From: PVC group bacterium
GTDB taxonomy: Bacteria > GCA-001730085 > JADFSZ01
Assembly (NCBI GenBank): GCA_022560555.1
Contig: JADFSZ010000087.1
Coordinates: 1 to 7,314, forward strand
Length of the DNA stretch: 7,314 nt
Direction of reading: 5' to 3'
Shown here: positions 1 through 4,183 of the stretch, in pieces
Layout: each line of letters starts with the position of its first letter
Numbering within the stretch: the first letter of the stretch is position 1
Translations under genes and position numbers: made by a program
Notes under the pieces: generated by a model
Told to the model about the DNA's origin: nothing
The model's input: the letters and a program-made list of their open reading frames with translations, nothing else
The model's database searches: none

Positions 1-294
1 GATAGAGGGAATTTTTAATATCAGGTCATTATTCGTGGCTTCGTACAACACAGAATCATAAGTCCTGGAAGATTCAACGGCAATGGCGCCTTGCATATCT
101 CTTTGCATAACATCCATAATATACCGTGCCTGAGCCCGGTTATCAATGTAGGCCGCGTTGGCTAATATTAATCTTTGCACAAGGATTGTAATAGAAGAAA
201 CGGAGACAGTGGCTATGGTGAGAGCCATCATTATTTCCAGTAGACTGATACCTCTCATGCTCTTATTGAATTGTATTTTCTCAAACTTAATCAT
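1..294 (-). CDS. Prepilin-type minor pseudopilin, tentatively PilW/GspJ-like (module B). Partial: the 3' end runs off the left edge of the window
   Basis: Absent from the supplied ORF track, probably because it is not stop-bounded. Reverse-complement translation from ATG 294..292 gives MIKFEKIQFNKSMRG|ISLLEIMMALTIATVSVSSITILVQRLILANAAYIDNRAQARYIMDVMQRDMQGAIAVESS.... This has a class III signal motif (G|xxxxE) followed by about 20 hydrophobic residues. The frame is open for all 98 codons down to position 1. It starts 4 nt after the stop (299..301) of the upstream pilin gene. An alternative start is ATG at 258 (MRG|ISLLE). The subfamily call rests only on the post-helix pattern. Confidence 0.75.
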   Translation of the reverse strand, partial: MIKFEKIQFNKSMRGISLLEIMMALTIATVSVSSITILVQRLILANAAYIDNRAQARYIMDVMQRDMQGAIAVESSRTYDSVLYEATNNDLILKIPSI

Positions 295-298
295 GGTC

Positions 299-721
299 TT
301 ATTGTTTACTTATCCCATTTTTTGTGATGAGTGAAGTTAATTCTTCCGCACGAGAGCCCCCCATACTATCTGTCCAAACAACACGGCTAAAAACCTGAAC
401 CTGATTGGGATTGATAGAGGTAATGATGACGGTGCCTACGGGCGCGTGTTTGCTAAGTTCGGTTTCGGTATCAGGTGCAAATGTATATTGCGGTGCCAAT
501 GCTTCCACTGCGGTATATTCCATGGCACGGAGACGCTCAATTTCCTGTTGAGCCACAGCCGCGGCTTGCCCCATTTCACGGGTGGTGGCAAACCACCTTT
601 GTCCGTTCACTAATCCGGATAAAACCCCGGTCAAAGAAATGGACAAAATCGTCAACGCTAAAAGGACTTCCAGAAGACTCATCCCCTTTTTGTGAGATAG
701 CGTAGATTTATATGCCGTCAT
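299..721 (-). CDS. Prepilin-type minor pseudopilin, PilV/GspI-like (module B), 140 aa
   Basis: The track ORF 299..784 begins at a TTG. The internal ATG at 721 is preceded by AAGGAG and a 6-nt spacer (reverse complement of 722..740 = tcctttgaaggagcaaaac). The product starts MTAYKSTLSHKKG|MSLLEVLLALTILSISLTGVLSGL: a basic leader, Gly at -1, Glu at +5 and a hydrophobic helix. The following AAAVAQQEIERLRAMEY resembles the GspI/PilV helix-capping region. Confidence 0.85.
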   Translation of the reverse strand: MTAYKSTLSHKKGMSLLEVLLALTILSISLTGVLSGLVNGQRWFATTREMGQAAAVAQQEIERLRAMEYTAVEALAPQYTFAPDTETELSKHAPVGTVIITSINPNQVQVFSRVVWTDSMGGSRAEELTSLITKNGISKQ

Positions 722-835
722 GTTTTGCTCCTTCAAAGGACGTACTTGTACTTTTGGGATGCATGCAAACCAGCTTGCTTTCAATTGTAGTCAATTAAGC
801 CATAGTAAATTACGAGATGTCTAACCATGCTAAAA

Positions 836-851
836 CGCAATTTCCAGGCCA
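836..851 (-). promoter_or_regulatory. Sigma-54 (RpoN)-type -24/-12 promoter element upstream of pseudopilin module B
   Basis: The minus strand reads TGGCCTGGAAATTGCG, against the consensus TGGCACG-N4-TTGCW. The GG-N10-GC spacing is exact and both the TGGC and TTGC cores are intact. It is correctly oriented in the 410-nt gap between the terminator at about 1055 and the start codon at 721. The implied TSS is near 825, giving a leader of about 100 nt. It shares 12 of 17 positions with the element at 6101..6116. Confidence 0.45.
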
Positions 852-865
852 AACAATTATTCTTG

Positions 866-878
866 TAAGTCATTGATA
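866..878 (-). promoter_or_regulatory. IHF-consensus-like site between the upstream dyad and the sigma-54 element
   Basis: The minus strand reads TATCAATGACTTA, which fits WATCAANNNNTTR at every specified position. The region is AT-rich, so a chance match is plausible. Confidence 0.2.
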
Positions 879-902
879 AATATTGATCTTAAATAAAATC
901 TC

Positions 903-920
903 TGTTTAATTTATTAAACA
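903..920. promoter_or_regulatory. 18-bp dyad TGTTTAAT-TT-ATTAAACA, a candidate upstream activator or operator site
   Basis: Perfect 8-bp inverted arms with a 2-nt centre. The centre lies about 62 nt upstream of the -24 GG, roughly -86 from the implied TSS. A third half-site-like TGTTTAT follows at 921..927. It fits a TGT-N12-ACA frame. Confidence 0.3.
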
Positions 921-1054
921 TGTTTATGCTTTGCACCCCCGGCAAATTATAAAGAAGGGCCCAAATTCAACAAGGATGAGATTTTCTGGGAGTTTCAATA
1001 TCAGTGATAAAATTTTAGAGGTGGCAAATAGAAGAGATTCGATTTCATGGCACA

Positions 1055-1086
1055 TAAAAAAATCCCGGATTTACACCCGGGATTTT
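1055..1086 (-). terminator. Rho-independent terminator ending the HTH / ExeA-like ATPase transcription unit
   Basis: The minus strand reads aaaATCCCGGgtgtaaatCCGGGATttttttatg. It has a 7-bp GC-rich stem (1062..1068 pairing with 1077..1083, extendable with A:T pairs), an 8-nt loop and a T6 tract. It lies about 45 nt after the stop at 1132..1134. The plus strand also has a short T run after the hairpin, so it could act in both directions. Confidence 0.75.
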
Positions 1087-1131
1087 GTGTTCAAGCTAAT
1101 CCATCACTTGATAGGCCATTCAGCGCGAAAA

Positions 1132-2199
1132 TCACGTGACTTTCTCGGGTTGAGAAACTTTTACCTGTTTCGCTGTGATGTCTCCGGATTGAATTTGTTC
1201 AAGTATCTGACGTCTTTTCAAGACCCACGCTTCGTAGGGGTCTTTAAGTTCGTCCTGTATGTGCCGCAATTCATCGGTCGCTAATTGGCTCGCGATTTCC
1301 TCCGCGTTTTGGTCCTCAATTTTCACGGATGAACGAGAGGATCCGGAGGACTTCTTTTTGGTGCTTTGCTTGATATCCTTACTTCGGATAAATCTCGCGG
1401 CGACGGCTTGAACAACCTCAGGGGTGATTTGAGTTAGATTGTTTGTCTCCCCCGCTTTCATGGAAAGCTTACACAGTTTATTCACCAATCGAGGGACACC
1501 GTCTTCGGAGTGTTCCCAGAGCACATCATAAGCCTCATCGCTAAAAACACGCTGTTTGAGACCTGCGCGCTCCAAACGATGTTCGATATAATCACGCATA
1601 TTTTCGCAAGATGTCATCCCGGTCATCCGGCAATACACTCCAATCCGCTGAAACAAATTGGCACGTCGCGGATCTTCAAGGCGTCTTGCAAGTTCAGGCT
1701 GACCGGCCAGAATCATCGTAAACAGATTCTGCTTATCCTCCTGCATATTCGTCAACAGCCTTAAACTCTCCAGATTAGCAGGCTTAATAACATTCCCTTC
1801 ATCGATAAAAATGAGGACACGTTTCCCCTCATCATTTGTTGCAAAGAGAATCTTATTAAACCTCTCCAGGAGCTTATCCTTTCTACGTTCTTCACATTCT
1901 TGATCCTCTAACTGCCCGATGATCTCACGAAGGAGTTGTGGAAAGCTCAGGTCCGGATTGATCACAAAAGCAATTTTATACTTATCGTGATCCAAGGTAT
2001 CCAGAACGATACGAAGACTCATAGTTTTACCGACACCGACTTTACCTGTGATGACAGCTAAACACTCGTCTCCTTCTTCTATCGCGAATAAAATTTCGGC
2101 CACAGACTCTTCCACGCTTTGGTGCATGGAAAAATACATTTCCGGATCAGGGACATTGTTAAAGGGGTGTTGATTTAAACCCCAGTATTCTAAATACAT
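1132..2199 (-). CDS. ExeA/GspA/MshM-family AAA+ ATPase (COG3267, AAA_22-type), soluble form, 355 aa
   Basis: The track ORF starts at TTG 2235. ATG 2199 is preceded by AAAGGAGGAG (reverse complement of 2200..2217) with a 7-nt spacer. The N-terminus MYLEYWGLNQHPFNNVPDPEMYF matches the family-typical Y-x-x-[FW]-G-L-x-x-x-P-F start. Walker A is GKVGVGKT (2023..2046). Walker B is LIFIDE (1798..1815), followed by ILAGQPEL. The C-terminus is a Ser/Lys-rich linker (KKKSSGSSRSS) plus a charged helical tail. No hydrophobic segment and no peptidoglycan-binding-like region are visible. Confidence 0.9.
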   Translation of the reverse strand: MYLEYWGLNQHPFNNVPDPEMYFSMHQSVEESVAEILFAIEEGDECLAVITGKVGVGKTMSLRIVLDTLDHDKYKIAFVINPDLSFPQLLREIIGQLEDQECEERRKDKLLERFNKILFATNDEGKRVLIFIDEGNVIKPANLESLRLLTNMQEDKQNLFTMILAGQPELARRLEDPRRANLFQRIGVYCRMTGMTSCENMRDYIEHRLERAGLKQRVFSDEAYDVLWEHSEDGVPRLVNKLCKLSMKAGETNNLTQITPEVVQAVAARFIRSKDIKQSTKKKSSGSSRSSVKIEDQNAEEIASQLATDELRHIQDELKDPYEAWVLKRRQILEQIQSGDITAKQVKVSQPEKVT

Positions 2200-2215
2200 A
2201 ACAGCACTCCTCCTT

Positions 2216-2677
2216 TCATGAATAATCCGGCCCAAGAGCCTTTTTGATTTCCAACCAGTTAAATCTCCATAAACGTCCCACCTTATAGGCCCGGATACGT
2301 TTATTTTTCGCCATTCGATAAATCGTTGAAATGTTCATCCGGAGCATCTCGGACAGCTGTTGTGCCGTCAGGAATGTAGTATCCTGTTCATGCGCAAGAA
2401 ATTTAAACACAAGTTTATGAACCTGCTCTTGATCTTCTTTGGTAATTTCCGTCGCTATGGTCGCCTGATTGGTTTCTTTAAAGACATGCCCTAAAAACTC
2501 TGAAAAACTCAGGGCATCCTCTTTAGGCAAATCAACCGTCAGCGATGGATTCCCGCATTTATCAAGCTCGACAGGCGCGCTCGTTCGAACCGCTCTCTCA
2601 CGGGCACGCTCCAGAGCTAATGTCGGAGTATCAAAGTTTTTATCTTTTCTACGTGTGACAAGACTGATTTTGTTCAC
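2216..2677 (-). CDS. DNA-binding protein with a C-terminal excisionase/MerR-type helix-turn-helix (HTH_17-like); the N-terminal ~100 aa are uncharacterised
   Basis: GTG start at 2677, preceded by AAGGGGGTGA and an 8-nt spacer. The C-terminal LTAQQLSEMLRMNISTIYRMAKNKRIRAYKVGRLWRFNWLEIKKAL (2234..2371) follows the excisionase-family pattern: L-T-x-x-E/Q-x-A/S-x-x-L, then S-x-x-T-I/V-Y-R, then G-R-x-W-R-F. The stop at 2216..2218 lies 17 nt before the ATPase start. Confidence 0.8.
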   Translation of the reverse strand: MNKISLVTRRKDKNFDTPTLALERARERAVRTSAPVELDKCGNPSLTVDLPKEDALSFSEFLGHVFKETNQATIATEITKEDQEQVHKLVFKFLAHEQDTTFLTAQQLSEMLRMNISTIYRMAKNKRIRAYKVGRLWRFNWLEIKKALGPDYS

Positions 2678-2778
2678 TATATCTTCACCCCCTTTTTACC
2701 CATTGATTATTTATTATCGATTATTGAATGTTCATTTACTTTTATTTTTCCTTATTCATTCCTCATTTTTCATTAGAA

Positions 2779-3354
2779 TCACGGATAAGGATTCGTATAA
2801 TTTCTCAGTTCAACCACAGAGTTAATATCAATCCCCTGATATCCATCCTCAGCATACGAATCAAAAACCGTAAATCGCATCCGCACCCGGTTCGGGGTGA
2901 TTGTGACCGTGCTGAAAATGTCCTGATTATTCGTCGGACTGATGTTGCTGACAAGTGTCTGCAAGGCGTTTCCCCCGTCATCCACATCACTGTCATAAAA
3001 AATGGAATTGTCGGCAATGGTTGCGGGATTATTGTCCGCATCCACATAATAAAATCCGCTTGTGATGTCATCCGCATTGTTAGTTGGGGTCCAGATAAGC
3101 GGATCATCCCAGGCAAATTCGATACTGTTGCCGTTGGCGGAAAGCAATGTGATCGATTTCGCGTTTCTGAGACGTCGGCCCATTTTCTCAATCGCAAGCT
3201 TACTCACGCGCTGTACGTCCAACTCGCTAAGGCCCGCCTTATAAGATCTTTGTCCCGCAATATAGGTTTTCATCATGCCCGCGGAAATCACTATCAAAAG
3301 AGCGGATACAAACATAATTTCAACTAATGTAAATCCTTTATTACTCACCGTCAT
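2779..3354 (-). CDS. Prepilin-type minor pseudopilin, tentatively PilW/GspJ-like (module A), 191 aa
   Basis: The N-terminus MTVSNKG|FTLVEIMFVSALLIVISAGMM is the canonical GFxxxE cleavage/methylation motif plus a hydrophobic helix. ATG 3354..3352 overlaps the upstream stop 3353..3351 as ATGA. The post-helix RVSKLAIEKMGRRLRNAKSI resembles the GspJ/PilW pattern. Confidence 0.85.
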   Translation of the reverse strand: MTVSNKGFTLVEIMFVSALLIVISAGMMKTYIAGQRSYKAGLSELDVQRVSKLAIEKMGRRLRNAKSITLLSANGNSIEFAWDDPLIWTPTNNADDITSGFYYVDADNNPATIADNSIFYDSDVDDGGNALQTLVSNISPTNNQDIFSTVTITPNRVRMRFTVFDSYAEDGYQGIDINSVVELRNYTNPYP

Positions 3355-3770
3355 TCTCCTATAATGGTTCTGATAATTTCACTATATGTTTTTGCCTGCG
3401 AGGTCCAGGTCACAGTCACAGTAATGTCTTTTGTATTTCCATTGTTTACGATCGCGACCGTTCGTTGGGCGACCAGATCGTCCGCCGTGTTGTTAATAGA
3501 ATTACTTGTGTCTAAAGTAACCACGTCCAATGGGTAATTAGCGGTAATCACATTCGTATAATCATCTTCTTTTATCTCTTCAATACGATCCTGAGCAAAC
3601 TGCATAGCGACAATTTTTTGGGAGTTGATTTTTGTAATTTCAGTCCCTAAGGTAAAAGCTTTAAGGGCCGAGACACCCACCATCATAAGGATCGTCAACG
3701 AAATCATGATTTCGATAAAGGATACCCCTCTTTCATTCAACAAGCTAAAATTCATTTTCTTCCGCAGCAT
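3351..3770 (-). CDS. Prepilin-type minor pseudopilin, PilV/GspI-like (module A), 139 aa
   Basis: The track start at 3776 is TTG. ATG 3770 is preceded by AAGGAG and a 6-nt spacer (reverse complement of 3771..3785 = aataaggagttgcaa). The product starts MLRKKMNFSLLNERG|VSFIEIMISLTILMMVGVSAL. The G-to-E motif at 3711..3728 was verified codon by codon. AMQFAQDRIEEIKEDDY parallels AVAQQEIERLRAMEY in the module B paralog. Confidence 0.85.
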   Translation of the reverse strand: MLRKKMNFSLLNERGVSFIEIMISLTILMMVGVSALKAFTLGTEITKINSQKIVAMQFAQDRIEEIKEDDYTNVITANYPLDVVTLDTSNSINNTADDLVAQRTVAIVNNGNTKDITVTVTWTSQAKTYSEIIRTIIGE

Positions 3771-3780
3771 TTGCAACTCC

Positions 3781-4170
3781 TTATTCCCGGCTTGTTCGAT
3801 ATGTCATAAAGCCTACAGCCATTATGAGTATGATTGGAATAAAAGCTCGAACAAAAAACACGTTTGATGTCGCTATCTTTTTGGCTCCTGTCTTTAGAAT
3901 TCGCGCAGTGTTCTTCCCGGACGTATCCGTACTATTTGATTTGTTGCTCGCCTGACTGCTTGCAACAAACATTTGCTCACGTCTGATTCGTTCCGCTTGC
4001 GTGTAGTTCCCTAAATGGGGATAATTTGTTTTAATAAACTCTCTTTTTCTAACCATTTTTTCGAGAGATTCTTCTGTCACATGACTCTGTGCCATGAGAC
4101 TTCTCCAAGGACTCATCAAAAATATAAATAACCCTAAAACAAGAAAGAATTTTAAAAATATCCGACCCAT
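3781..4170 (-). CDS. Small bitopic envelope protein of unknown function (N-terminal signal peptide, C-terminal TM anchor), 129 aa
   Basis: The in-frame ATG at 4170 is preceded by AAGGAGA and an 8-nt spacer, and lies 13 nt after the upstream stop (4184..4186). The N-terminus MGRIFLKFFLVLGLFIFLMSPWRSLMA|QS looks like a Sec signal with an A-x-A-like site. The C-terminal VFFVRAFIPIILIMAVGFMTY (3799..3861) is followed by the basic RTSRE. The middle is charged and helical, then Ser/Asn/Thr-rich. I recognise no family motif. Confidence 0.6.
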   Translation of the reverse strand: MGRIFLKFFLVLGLFIFLMSPWRSLMAQSHVTEESLEKMVRKREFIKTNYPHLGNYTQAERIRREQMFVASSQASNKSNSTDTSGKNTARILKTGAKKIATSNVFFVRAFIPIILIMAVGFMTYRTSRE

Positions 4171-4183
4171 ATTCCAAGTCTCC

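Noticed and set aside
760-962. Short palindromes TGCATGCA (760..767) and GGGCCC (957..962), and the TCAATT direct repeat (781..796), in the module B leader/promoter region
   Set aside because: They are too short to distinguish from chance. No second copy or positional logic was found, unlike the 18-bp dyads.
931-1284. 117-aa plus-strand ORF spanning the intergenic region and the 3' end of the ATPase gene
   Set aside because: It runs straight through the terminator hairpin and antisense into the ExeA-like CDS. It has no SD and no recognisable motif. The other short plus-strand ORFs (475..705, 1510..1764, 2469..2825, 3062..3244, 3625..3867, 4682..4900, 4905..5096, 6785..7003) were rejected for the same reason.
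1132-2199. Possibility that the AAA+ ATPase is itself the sigma-54 enhancer-binding protein for the two promoters
   Set aside because: It has no GAFTGA loop or other bEBP signature and no receiver or C-terminal Fis-type HTH. Its domain organisation is ExeA-like rather than NtrC-like.
1132-2677. Idea that the excisionase-family HTH plus AAA_22 ATPase is a remnant of a transposon or prophage (TniB/MuB-like loader with Xis-like protein)
   Set aside because: No transposase, integrase, terminal inverted repeats, flanking direct repeats or tRNA target are visible. The ATPase N-terminus is specifically ExeA/MshM-like. The pair appears to be co-transcribed with pilin genes. The idea is kept only as an alternative hypothesis to test by neighbourhood analysis.
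2728-3327. 199-aa plus-strand ORF, the longest plus-strand ORF in the window
   Set aside because: It lies almost entirely antisense to the PilW-like gene (plus the adjacent AT-rich spacer), and that gene has an unmistakable GFTLVE prepilin motif and translational coupling. The translation is low-complexity and Ile/Arg-rich, with no motif and no SD. It looks like a typical shadow ORF.
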